IMG/VR virus record: IMGVR_UViG_3300018414_000007
Location: 17,107-81,106 of that record
Length of the DNA stretch: 64,000 bases
Direction: 5' to 3' (one strand)
DNA from: a virus
A program made the translations under genes and the position numbers. Numbering within the stretch: position 1 is the first letter of the stretch; every line of letters begins with the position of its first letter. The notes under the pieces were generated by a model, which was given only the letters and a program-made list of their open reading frames with translations, ran no database searches and was not told the origin of the DNA. Positions 9,433 to 16,852 of the stretch are shown one piece after another.

Positions 9433-9502
9433 TTATACTTGCAATCAAGGATGAGAGAAAAGACAAACAGTCTAAATGGTATAAAGAGAATAGATGATTA
9501 AA

Positions 9503-9610
9503 TAAACTAAAGGTAAGCATAAAGGTTAAAGTTAGCTCTGCACTAAAGTAGCTAATTAGGTATCTAACTGCTGGTATTCTCGATGAATACTATTGCTTAT
9601 CTTTAGTTTA
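9503..9610 (+). ncRNA. Stem-closed multibranch RNA candidate
   Basis: 17-bp TAAACTAAAGGTAAGCA/TGCTTATCTTTAGTTTA closing stem; internal TTAGCT/AGCTAA and TGGTATTC/GAATACTA hairpins. Confidence 0.5.
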
Positions 9611-9710
9611 ATATCTTATGTAAAAGAGTGTTAATTGAGTACTCTCTATCTCTCAGCACTATTTCTCACTAATCAACTTATCAGTTAACTTACACTAATT
9701 CATTATTATT

Positions 9711-10004
9711 ATGGCTAATCAAGAGTTTAATCCTTCTGAAAATAGTATAATATTACTATCAGTTTTAAAGTATATTACAGGTGAAGTTGTTCAAATAAAT
9801 AGAACAAATAGAACAATTTACCTTAGTAATAACACTCATTGGAATGCTCATACATTTCATCAAAACGTTCAATTATTAAGAATGTTTATGAATAGAGAAA
9901 TATCTATTGACCCAACTATACAATTAATGCAAAATGCAGTAAAGTCAACAATAGATGCTATGAAAAAGCAATGTCCAATGAAAGTTATATCTTTAATAAA
10001 ATAA
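9711..10004 (+). CDS. Hypothetical protein
   Basis: 97-aa ORF with ATG start. Confidence 0.6.
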   Translation: MANQEFNPSENSIILLSVLKYITGEVVQINRTNRTIYLSNNTHWNAHTFHQNVQLLRMFMNREISIDPTIQLMQNAVKSTIDAMKKQCPMKVISLIK

Positions 10005-10159
10005 ATATATTACTTCCTAATGGTAAATACAAAGGACAATCTGTTTCTTATGTATATTCAATTCATCCAAGCTATATTAAATGGTATTTTGACCATGTTA
10101 AAGAGCTTAATGAATTCATTGAATTGCAAAGAAAATACGACAGTAAACAAGGTGATTAA
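9971..10159 (+). CDS. Small protein with GKYKG motif (DUF3820/ExoX C-terminal-like)
   Basis: LPNGKYKGQSVSYV...PSYIKWY pattern. Confidence 0.55.
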   Translation: MSNESYIFNKINILLPNGKYKGQSVSYVYSIHPSYIKWYFDHVKELNEFIELQRKYDSKQGD

Positions 10160-10208
10160 TTTCGCCTTTAACTAATCATTTTATTAACCTATTTTAATTA
10201 TCAGCATT

Positions 10209-10400
10209 ATGTACCTTTTATTACTCCTAATAATACTATCAGTAATACTCTTTTACTTAGTATTTAAGACAAACAAGATTAAAAAGTCTTATCAATATAA
10301 TAATTATAAGATTGATAAGGCTAAGAATACACCTGTTTATACAAAGACTAAAGACCTTTGTAGAAGAGGAATGCATCATTCATTTAAGTTTAAATACTAA
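10209..10400 (+). CDS. Small membrane-anchored protein
   Basis: N-terminal hydrophobic helix followed by a basic tail. Confidence 0.5.
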   Translation: MYLLLLLIILSVILFYLVFKTNKIKKSYQYNNYKIDKAKNTPVYTKTKDLCRRGMHHSFKFKY

Positions 10401-10404
10401 ACTT

Positions 10405-10596
10405 ATGGCAAGACAAGAATTACATAAATGTTCTATATGTGGTAAAACATATGATATTCAAAAACATGAGTTTTGTCCTAAGTGTGGAGAAAATGAAAAA
10501 GAATGGAAAAAAACACATTCAATGCTTAGTAATTTGAGTAATAACTTCATTGATGAAATGGAGTCTTTTCATGGATTTCAAGAAGTATTTGATTAA
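10405..10596 (+). CDS. Zn-ribbon protein
   Basis: MARQELHKCSICGK...FCPKCG from ATG at 10405. Confidence 0.6.
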   Translation: MARQELHKCSICGKTYDIQKHEFCPKCGENEKEWKKTHSMLSNLSNNFIDEMESFHGFQEVFD

Positions 10597-10632
10597 AATA
10601 CTACAAAGAACTTTATAAATTACATTCAGATT

Positions 10633-10852
10633 TTTCAATTACTACTGGTAGTAAGTATAATTGAAATTAGAGAGAGTAGTTTATATTGAATAGGATTCTA
10701 AAGTTGATTATACAGTCTTAAGTAGACTTAGACTACAAACTTCTTGCCTATTATTTAAATGCATAACACGATAAAGAGGAATAATAAACTATCTAGTTAA
10801 TAACCAATTGCAACAGGTGAAAACTAAAAGGATGTGATAGCAGCCTCTTTAT
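10633..10852 (+). ncRNA. Three consecutive structured elements
   Basis: Hairpin 10633-10666; AATAGG/CCTATT-closed element 10689-10752; ATAAAGAGG/CCTCTTTAT-closed element 10771-10852 with nested CTATC/GATAG and TAGTT/AACTA helices. Confidence 0.45.
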
Positions 10853-10882
10853 TAAATTAAATTGAAATCAAATTAAATAACT

Positions 10883-11020
10883 ATGATACCTACAGTAATA
10901 CTTTTAATTATTCTATTTGCATTGTTAATCAATATCTGTACAAATACAGATTGGAAACAAGAGAATGAAGATTTAATAACTATTTGGAAATGGTTATTTA
11001 AATCAAAAATATTGAAATAG
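10883..11020 (+). CDS. Small membrane protein (45 aa)
   Basis: Read by hand: MIPTVILLIILFALLINIC..., with an A-rich leader. Confidence 0.5.
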   Translation: MIPTVILLIILFALLINICTNTDWKQENEDLITIWKWLFKSKILK

Positions 11021-11085
11021 TATAGATAACAATGCTTCTCAATTAGGCACGGTTAATTGAGTATACTATTTTAAAGAACTTCATT

Positions 11086-11267
11086 TAACTCTTCAAACTT
11101 GTACAAAGGAGTTATCTTATAGAAGCAGAGATTAGTTGCAAATAATCTTTGCAGTACAAGTGTGGTGCACATCATCAAAACGAGAAAGAAAAGATCATTT
11201 AAAAAAGACTATTATGTAGAAAACGGCATGAAGAGCCCTTAATAGTCGAAAACTTAGCTTGTGTGCA
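11086..11267 (+). ncRNA. Candidate pseudoknotted RNA
   Basis: Stem TAACTCTT/AGGAGTTA whose loop ACTTGTAC pairs with GTACAAGT (11154-11161); further stems 11125-11152, 11166-11267 and 11207-11247. Confidence 0.5.
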
Positions 11268-11313
11268 GAGCTATTTTATTAATTAATCAAACAAATTACT
11301 CAAACTTAAAACT

Positions 11314-11451
11314 ATGCAAATAGAAATCTTTAACCATATTAGTCTAGGACAGGTATGGAATGTGAAACAGCGTGGAACTAAAATGTATTGTAGAACTGTT
11401 TCAGATAATATACAATACAAAATTAATCTAATTGATTTAATTGATTACTAA
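11314..11451 (+). CDS. Small hypothetical protein (45 aa)
   Basis: Read by hand: MQIEIFNHISLGQVW..., after the conserved AATTAATCAA leader. Confidence 0.55.
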   Translation: MQIEIFNHISLGQVWNVKQRGTKMYCRTVSDNIQYKINLIDLIDY

Positions 11452-11452
11452 T

Positions 11453-11671
11453 ATGTGGTATTTTGTTTTAATATGTATAGTAATATTTCAAGGATATATT
11501 ATTTATAAACAATACAGAATAATTCAGTTAGATAATAAATTACATGAATTAGCGGATCAATGTGCTGAATTAGCAGAATTATTCAGACCAAAAGATAACT
11601 CATTACCAATAAAATCAACAGGATATTATAAAACTGATGAAAATGGTAAATTAATATTTGTTGAACATTAA
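11453..11671 (+). CDS. Small membrane-anchored protein
   Basis: MWYFVLICIVIFQGYII N-terminal transmembrane segment. Confidence 0.55.
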   Translation: MWYFVLICIVIFQGYIIYKQYRIIQLDNKLHELADQCAELAELFRPKDNSLPIKSTGYYKTDENGKLIFVEH

Positions 11672-11676
11672 AATAT

Positions 11677-11755
11677 TAAGGGTAATAGCATCGTTCTTTT
11701 CCATTTTGCGTTTTTGTGAACTTTTATTTAACATCTAAAAAGTCTATTACCCTTA
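11677..11755 (+). ncRNA. Stem-closed small RNA candidate
   Basis: Perfect 12-bp TAAGGGTAATAG/CTATTACCCTTA stem enclosing a pyrimidine-rich loop. Confidence 0.45.
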
Positions 11756-11771
11756 TTTAAAACTTAAAATT

Positions 11772-11957
11772 ATGGTATCAATAACAGTATTAACAATAGG
11801 ATTTTTATTCTTTCTATCCTATATATATTTAATGACAACTCCTACACCAAGAAAACATTGTGATAGATGTGGTAGAGAGTTAAAAGAAAGACATTATGGA
11901 AATATCTATTATTGGATATGTCCTATTCATGGTATAAAAGAAACTAAAGTTAAATAA
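11772..11957 (+). CDS. Membrane-anchored Zn-ribbon protein
   Basis: Transmembrane helix followed by CDRC...CPIH. Confidence 0.55.
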   Translation: MVSITVLTIGFLFFLSYIYLMTTPTPRKHCDRCGRELKERHYGNIYYWICPIHGIKETKVK

Positions 11958-11958
11958 T

Positions 11959-12150
11959 ATGAAATGGTTTAAAGCAATAACAACAATTTTAATACTTATA
12001 TGTATTATGGTTGGAATCAATTGGTTTGTTATATCCATTAATAGTATTAAGCGAGGTATCAATAAACCAAGAATTGATACAGTATTAACTATAAGAACTA
12101 TTAGACATTATAGAGATACTGATACAGTAATATTAAAACATTTAAATTAA
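11959..12150 (+). CDS. Small membrane protein
   Basis: N-terminal transmembrane helix; operon packing. Confidence 0.5.
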   Translation: MKWFKAITTILILICIMVGINWFVISINSIKRGINKPRIDTVLTIRTIRHYRDTDTVILKHLN

Positions 12151-12155
12151 ATTTA

Positions 12156-12359
12156 ATGGCATCAAAACAAGAACAATTAGAATTAGACTTTCTAAAAGTG
12201 AAAGTTAGAATTGTAAGAGATATTACTGATTGTTCTACATTTGAACAATTAGATGAATATATTCATAATGTAAACAAAATATTTGATATAACCTCATTCT
12301 TAGACAAAAATAAAGCGAGTCATAAAGAGATTGGTAATGTTGAAATATTAGAAGAATAG
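12156..12359 (+). CDS. Hypothetical protein
   Basis: 67-aa ORF. Confidence 0.55.
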   Translation: MASKQEQLELDFLKVKVRIVRDITDCSTFEQLDEYIHNVNKIFDITSFLDKNKASHKEIGNVEILEE

Positions 12360-12392
12360 TAAAGATCCAGGGAAATACTGTATGGAAACAGT

Positions 12393-12480
12393 ATAATAGT
12401 AGGTGAAGGTTTCACCTTAAATGAAGTTATCTTGAAGAGACTAACGACTCTTTAAAGAGAATTAATCAGCCTACTATTAT
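12393..12480 (+). ncRNA. Stem-closed multibranch RNA candidate
   Basis: ATAATAGTAGG/CCTACTATTAT 11-bp closing stem enclosing three small hairpins. Confidence 0.45.
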
Positions 12481-12520
12481 TATTTTAATTAATCAAATTT
12501 ACTACTCTAAACAATAAACT

Positions 12521-12718
12521 ATGACAGATGAAATAGTACAATCAAATGTAAGAGCATATAATGTAGTCCAACAAGGATATAGTGATGATGCTTTAAAGGT
12601 AAGAGAGTCATTAGGTAAAGACTTTACTGATATTCTATTTAGGAAGTTGTGTACTTTATCTAAATTAGAAAGAATTGAAGTAATAACTAGTCTTTCTAAA
12701 GTTATTAACAAAATTTAA
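12521..12718 (+). CDS. Hypothetical protein
   Basis: 65-aa ORF preceded by the conserved leader. Confidence 0.6.
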   Translation: MTDEIVQSNVRAYNVVQQGYSDDALKVRESLGKDFTDILFRKLCTLSKLERIEVITSLSKVINKI

Positions 12719-12728
12719 CCAATTTATT

Positions 12729-12902
12729 ATGAAATATAAATATTTTATATATAATATAAATGGTACTTTATTATATGAATCAATGTGCTCATATAAAGAA
12801 CCATTAGCATTAAAATTAGCTGAAAAGCATTGTTTAATATCACAATTAAATGGTAATAAAGGTGCATATAGCAAATTAATGCCAGAAGGAATTGCAGTTT
12901 AG
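12729..12902 (+). CDS. Hypothetical protein (57 aa)
   Basis: Read by hand: MKYKYFIYNINGTLLYES...GIAV*. Confidence 0.5.
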   Translation: MKYKYFIYNINGTLLYESMCSYKEPLALKLAEKHCLISQLNGNKGAYSKLMPEGIAV

Positions 12903-12934
12903 TTAGGAGTAATTACTGTAATTTGATTAGTTTT

Positions 12935-13029
12935 TAATATAGTGGGAGACAGTGGTGCAAAGCCATTCTTGCCAAGGTTGAAACCCAGTCTTGGTTAGTA
13001 GTATAACAGTTATTACGCCTACTATATTA
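12935..13029 (+). ncRNA. Circularly permuted, anticodon-less tRNA-like RNA
   Basis: Order: anticodon-stem 3' strand, variable loop AGAC, T-arm AGTGG-TGCAAAG-CCATT, acceptor 3' CTTGCCA, linker hairpin, acceptor 5' TGGTTAG, TA, D-arm GTAT-AACAGTTA-TTAC, G, anticodon-stem 5' strand. Confidence 0.7.
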
Positions 13030-13193
13030 TTTTATTTAGCTTACCTAACAATAATTATTATGAAACCAGAAAATTTTGCGATAGTGAATGGTGTAATAGT
13101 TTCAGATGAAGATGCAATCATTTGGGATTTTCAATAAATAGGATATAAGTATATATCCTGCATTTGTAAGCGTATTGGATGTATAAAATATCC

Positions 13194-13349
13194 CCTAAGA
13201 TGATGGAACATAAACAGAACTATACGTATTCCCCAAGAATATAGTCCTTCTGTTAGGCAAACATGAGCATTTAGATTTAATGCTTGGGAACTATAGGAAA
13301 ATCTCGACGATATAACTATCCCTTGAAGGTTCGTACCCTTCTCTTAGGA
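13194..13349 (+). tRNA. Expanded (156 nt) tRNA-Leu-like gene with inserts in D-loop, anticodon loop and variable arm
   Basis: Acceptor CCTAAGA/TCTTAGG plus A73; T-arm GAAGG-TTCGTAC-CCTTC; D-stem ATG/CAT with GGC; anticodon stem AGCAT/ATGCT; variable stem GGGA/TCCC. Confidence 0.7.
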
Positions 13350-13423
13350 CTATTCTATATGATAGGATATAGAGTATGAAGTTAACACAAATTATCTACA
13401 AACAAATTTAAATTTAAAACAAA

Positions 13424-13954
13424 ATGAATAAAAGATTTTTAACAGGCTTTGCTATGATGCATTTAGCCGCTGATGCTGCTTCTCAAGGTGGAAATAGCAA
13501 TGAATTAACTAAAGAACAAGTTAAACAAATCATTGAATCTCGTAAAATTGTTACAGAACCTGGTCAATATCAGGCTAAAGTAACTAATGTTACTCTTTAT
13601 ACAAGAGAAGATGATACATTAGTACAAATCAATAACTTTGATTTGATGACTCCTTGGAATCTATCTGAAGCAAAGCGTTTGTATAAAGAAGGAGAGTATA
13701 CTGAAGCTGCAAGCCAAAAGCTCTCTAACAATTCAAGAGTAGGTACTGATTTCTGCCCTAAGAAAGGAGATATTGTAAATGTTGTATTAGATATAATTGC
13801 TACTAAGAATCAACCAAATGGTGTTCTTTTGATTAAAGCAATTATGCCTCTTGAAACAAAGAAAGCATCTGCTGTATCTTTTGGTTTTGATGATGAAACT
13901 GAAGAAGTTAATTTAGCAACTGAAAAAGCAGTTGAAGAACCAGCATTAACTTAA
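13424..13954 (+). CDS. Hypothetical protein (acidic C-terminus)
   Basis: 176-aa ORF with a strong A-rich initiation region, followed by a hairpin. Confidence 0.7.
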   Translation: MNKRFLTGFAMMHLAADAASQGGNSNELTKEQVKQIIESRKIVTEPGQYQAKVTNVTLYTREDDTLVQINNFDLMTPWNLSEAKRLYKEGEYTEAASQKLSNNSRVGTDFCPKKGDIVNVVLDIIATKNQPNGVLLIKAIMPLETKKASAVSFGFDDETEEVNLATEKAVEEPALT

Positions 13955-13966
13955 TTGTAAACCTAA

Positions 13967-13994
13967 TAGTAGTAGAGCCTATCCTCTACTACTA
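13967..13994 (+). terminator. 11-bp hairpin after the gene
   Basis: TAGTAGTAGAG-CCTATC-CTCTACTACTA; weak U-tract. Confidence 0.45.
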
Positions 13995-14009
13995 ATTTAA
14001 ATTAAAACT

Positions 14010-14192
14010 ATGAAATCAAAAGCATTTGGAATAACATTTTTAATATTGTTATTCTTGTTACATCTCATACCACTTATTATATATATTATATCAAGAAATA
14101 TCAATACTCTTAGTATGTATGCTGGTCTTTTAGTACTTGATATAATTATAATAACAATTTGCGATATGAATGGTTTATTTACTGATTATTAA
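14010..14192 (+). CDS. Small membrane protein (2 TM)
   Basis: Two hydrophobic segments. Confidence 0.55.
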   Translation: MKSKAFGITFLILLFLLHLIPLIIYIISRNINTLSMYAGLLVLDIIIITICDMNGLFTDY

Positions 14193-14203
14193 CCTTAATT
14201 AAT

Positions 14204-14680
14204 ATGAAATTAAAACAAAAATCTTGGTATGCTTGGTATTATCAGAACTTTTATGGTGAAGATTTACCAGTATCTTTATGTGTATTCTTTTGGAAAGAAT
14301 TACTAGCAATAATACTATTTCCTATTACATGGCTTAATGTTATATTTAATTACAAAAAACAAGACTACGATAGACTTCCTATTGGATTAACTATTGCATT
14401 ACATTGTGTAGGAATAGGAGTTGGGTTATTAATTACAATTCCATTACATCTTAAAAATCCAATACATTTACTTTGGGTAGGTATTCCCGGTTTAATTTTA
14501 TTAGCAATATTAATTGGTATCGTAGTAGGAGTAGGTTTTGTATTATATCAATTAGTTGGATTTATATCTAGATTATTTTATAAATATAAACCTGCTTATA
14601 AAGAACCTAAACCCAGTTGGTTTAAAGAAGGTATAAAAGCATTCTTTGGTAAATATTGTCCTAAAATAGATTGGTTATGA
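14204..14680 (+). CDS. Membrane protein (about 3 TM)
   Basis: SWYAWYY...LPVSLCVFFWK, hydrophobic helices, C-terminal KYCPKIDW. Confidence 0.7.
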   Translation: MKLKQKSWYAWYYQNFYGEDLPVSLCVFFWKELLAIILFPITWLNVIFNYKKQDYDRLPIGLTIALHCVGIGVGLLITIPLHLKNPIHLLWVGIPGLILLAILIGIVVGVGFVLYQLVGFISRLFYKYKPAYKEPKPSWFKEGIKAFFGKYCPKIDWL

Positions 14681-14832
14681 TTTATAGACTTATTATAATA
14701 CTTTCAGTATTATTCTTTGCTATGCACAATAAAATAACTATTGGAGAATTTTATATTATCTGGTGTATATTATTAGTAGATCTAATAAAAATAATGATGA
14801 ATATGGAAATAATGATTATTTCTATTAAATAA
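14677..14832 (+). CDS. Small membrane protein (51 aa)
   Basis: Read by hand; ATGA overlap with the upstream stop. Confidence 0.45.
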   Translation: MIYRLIIILSVLFFAMHNKITIGEFYIIWCILLVDLIKIMMNMEIMIISIK

Positions 14833-14837
14833 GGTAA

Positions 14838-14909
14838 GGTCCTGTAGTTCAACGGATAGAACGGGAGATTTCTAATCTCTAGATAATGGTTCGATTCCAT
14901 TCAGGACTA
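14838..14909 (+). tRNA. tRNA-Arg(TCT)
   Basis: Canonical cloverleaf GGTCCTG-TA-GTTC AACGGATA GAAC-G-GGAGA TT TCT AA TCTCT-AGAT-AATGG TTCGATT CCATT-CAGGACT-A. Confidence 0.95.
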
Positions 14910-14930
14910 CAATTAATCAAATTAAATAAT

Positions 14931-15164
14931 ATAAAAATAGAATTAGAACAAACAACAAACAATACTGTACCAATTAAAATATCAGTTACAATAGAAACTC
15001 AAGAAGAATTTGATAGTATATCTAATTTTACAGGATGTGTTATTGTAAATGATTTAATAGATACTATTGAAAGACCTGCTGTAAAACAATTTTTATCAGT
15101 AAAGTCAAGAAAAACTATTATTGCAAACTTTTTACAAGGATTTTGGAAAAAACTAGTGTTATGA
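14931..15164 (+). CDS. Hypothetical protein, probable ATA start
   Basis: The tracked ATG (14886) lies in the tRNA T-arm. The in-frame ATA at 14931 follows the AATTAATCAA leader. Confidence 0.45.
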   Translation: MKIELEQTTNNTVPIKISVTIETQEEFDSISNFTGCVIVNDLIDTIERPAVKQFLSVKSRKTIIANFLQGFWKKLVL

Positions 15165-15997
15165 AAAAGTATAAATTAATTAAAGAATATCCGGGTTCAC
15201 CTAAACTGGGAACTATAGTAGAACATGAAACTAAATGTGTATGTCCTAATTATAAAGTTAGTATAAATCAAGAAACTTGGATATTTGCAGAATCTAGTAT
15301 ACAGAATTTCCCTGAATTTTGGAAAGAGATAATAGGAAAAGAATATGAAATATTATCTTTTAAAATTAATGAGGATATATATAGTCATGTAATTATACTA
15401 AATAAAACTCGAAAAGGATTTATGAATACATTAAACGGTTTATATTTATATGAAGAACAACTATTAACCAATAATGACTATAAAATATATTCAGTAAAAC
15501 GTTTATCAGATGGAGAAGTGTTTACTATTGGTGATGGTATTAAATCTACTGAATGGTCTAAAAAAGATGATCAAGATATAATTACAAATATATGCATTTG
15601 TACTGAAGATCATAGTAAAGTATTTGGAAATTTAAAACCAAATAAAATAATTTTACAAACAGAAATAACTTGGCAATGTAATTTAGAATCTGCAATTAAA
15701 GTTAAAAAACCATTATTTACTACAGAAGATGGAGTAGATATATTTGAAGGTGACACATTTAGTATAGTTTATTCTGATTTTTCTACTCATTACAATGTAA
15801 CCTTTAAAAATCTTATTAAACCATTTTGTAAGGTATTTTCAACAAAAGAAAAAGCAGAAGAATATATTTTATTAAATAAACCTGTTTTAACTTATAATGA
15901 TATCATTAATATTACTCAATTTATAACAGCAGTAGAAAGAGCGTGTGTATTAATTCAAACTGAAAAATTACTAAAACAAAAACTTAATATTAAATAA
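15161..15997 (+). CDS. Hypothetical protein (MKKYKLIKEYPGSP...)
   Basis: ATG at 15161 overlaps the upstream stop; contains SVKRLSDGEVFTIGD and LFTTEDGVDIFEGD segments. Confidence 0.7.
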   Translation: MKKYKLIKEYPGSPKLGTIVEHETKCVCPNYKVSINQETWIFAESSIQNFPEFWKEIIGKEYEILSFKINEDIYSHVIILNKTRKGFMNTLNGLYLYEEQLLTNNDYKIYSVKRLSDGEVFTIGDGIKSTEWSKKDDQDIITNICICTEDHSKVFGNLKPNKIILQTEITWQCNLESAIKVKKPLFTTEDGVDIFEGDTFSIVYSDFSTHYNVTFKNLIKPFCKVFSTKEKAEEYILLNKPVLTYNDIINITQFITAVERACVLIQTEKLLKQKLNIK

Positions 15998-15998
15998 C

Positions 15999-16376
15999 AT
16001 GAATGCAACAATAACAACTGGAATAATTTTATTAGCTACATTAATAGCTATTAATTTAACTTGTATAATAATCAATCATTTTGTAATTAAAGCGGAAATA
16101 AATGATATATTAGACAAGGATTTAAGAATAGATTTACTTCAATCTCTTCAACCTATTTATAAAATATTCTTTAAAAGGGTAATAATCTCAGCAAATACAG
16201 ATTATTTTAGTTGTAAAGAAGATTATATAAGATATTCAAGTTATTTAAATATTGAAGGATTGCAAGAAGATTTAAATAATTTTTATCATAAATCCAGAAG
16301 AAAAGAACATACAGATTATGAGTTATTTAATGAATTTAAAGAAAAGAAAGTTTTAGAAGTAGAAGAAATGTTTTGA
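15999..16376 (+). CDS. Membrane-anchored hypothetical protein
   Basis: N-terminal transmembrane segment. Confidence 0.6.
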   Translation: MNATITTGIILLATLIAINLTCIIINHFVIKAEINDILDKDLRIDLLQSLQPIYKIFFKRVIISANTDYFSCKEDYIRYSSYLNIEGLQEDLNNFYHKSRRKEHTDYELFNEFKEKKVLEVEEMF

Positions 16377-16403
16377 TTTTTCAATTATTTTATCGTATTT
16401 TTG
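16372..16403 (+). promoter_or_regulatory. Bacteroidota primary-sigma promoter
   Basis: TTTG-N20-TATTTTTG. Confidence 0.7.
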
Positions 16404-16423
16404 TATAATATTCCAATTATTTA

Positions 16424-16852
16424 ATGTATGAAATTAAAGACTTTACTAATCTCTTTACCTCTACTAAGCTATCTGAACTATTAATATTAGCAATTCTAGT
16501 ATTTTTAGGTGTTGCTGCAAGAATTAGTATAGATATTGAGATTAGTAAAAAGTCTTTTAAACAGATTAAATTTTTTCCTAGATATTTCTTAGCATTAGTA
16601 TTATCTTATGTTATTGAATTATATTTAGTGGAACATGAAGATGCAAGAAAATATTACGCAGAAATTATAATATTATTTTGTATCTTTGTAAATGATCTTA
16701 TTAAGTTTGTACTTAATAACACTGGTAGAATATTTATTTATATTTTAAGTGCCTTTACTAAAGGTGTATTTGATTTAAAGAAGTTTCTTGCTAAATCTGA
16801 GAATAATGGAAACAAACCAATAAATAAAGAATTTGATAATAAAGAAGAATAA
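16424..16852 (+). CDS. Membrane protein (holin-like topology)
   Basis: 3-4 hydrophobic segments and a charged C-terminal tail. Confidence 0.6.
   Translation: MYEIKDFTNLFTSTKLSELLILAILVFLGVAARISIDIEISKKSFKQIKFFPRYFLALVLSYVIELYLVEHEDARKYYAEIIILFCIFVNDLIKFVLNNTGRIFIYILSAFTKGVFDLKKFLAKSENNGNKPINKEFDNKEE

Noticed and set aside
10789-10840. SAM-I riboswitch-like words (CTATC...GCAAC..GGTG...GATAG)
   Set aside because: No P2 kink-turn, pseudoknot or proper P3 helix; likely coincidence.
12935-13137. Two-piece tmRNA
   Set aside because: It has a full D-stem, lacks the G3:U70 alanine identity pair, and the downstream mini-ORF has its own ATG and no tag-like ending.
9400-14000. CRISPR mini-array
   Set aside because: The elements are inverted repeats with different sequences; there are no identical direct repeats with regular spacers.
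13350-14930. Theta/HDV-like ribozymes after the tRNA genes
   Set aside because: The 3' trailers are a simple hairpin or AT-rich leader with no nested double pseudoknot.
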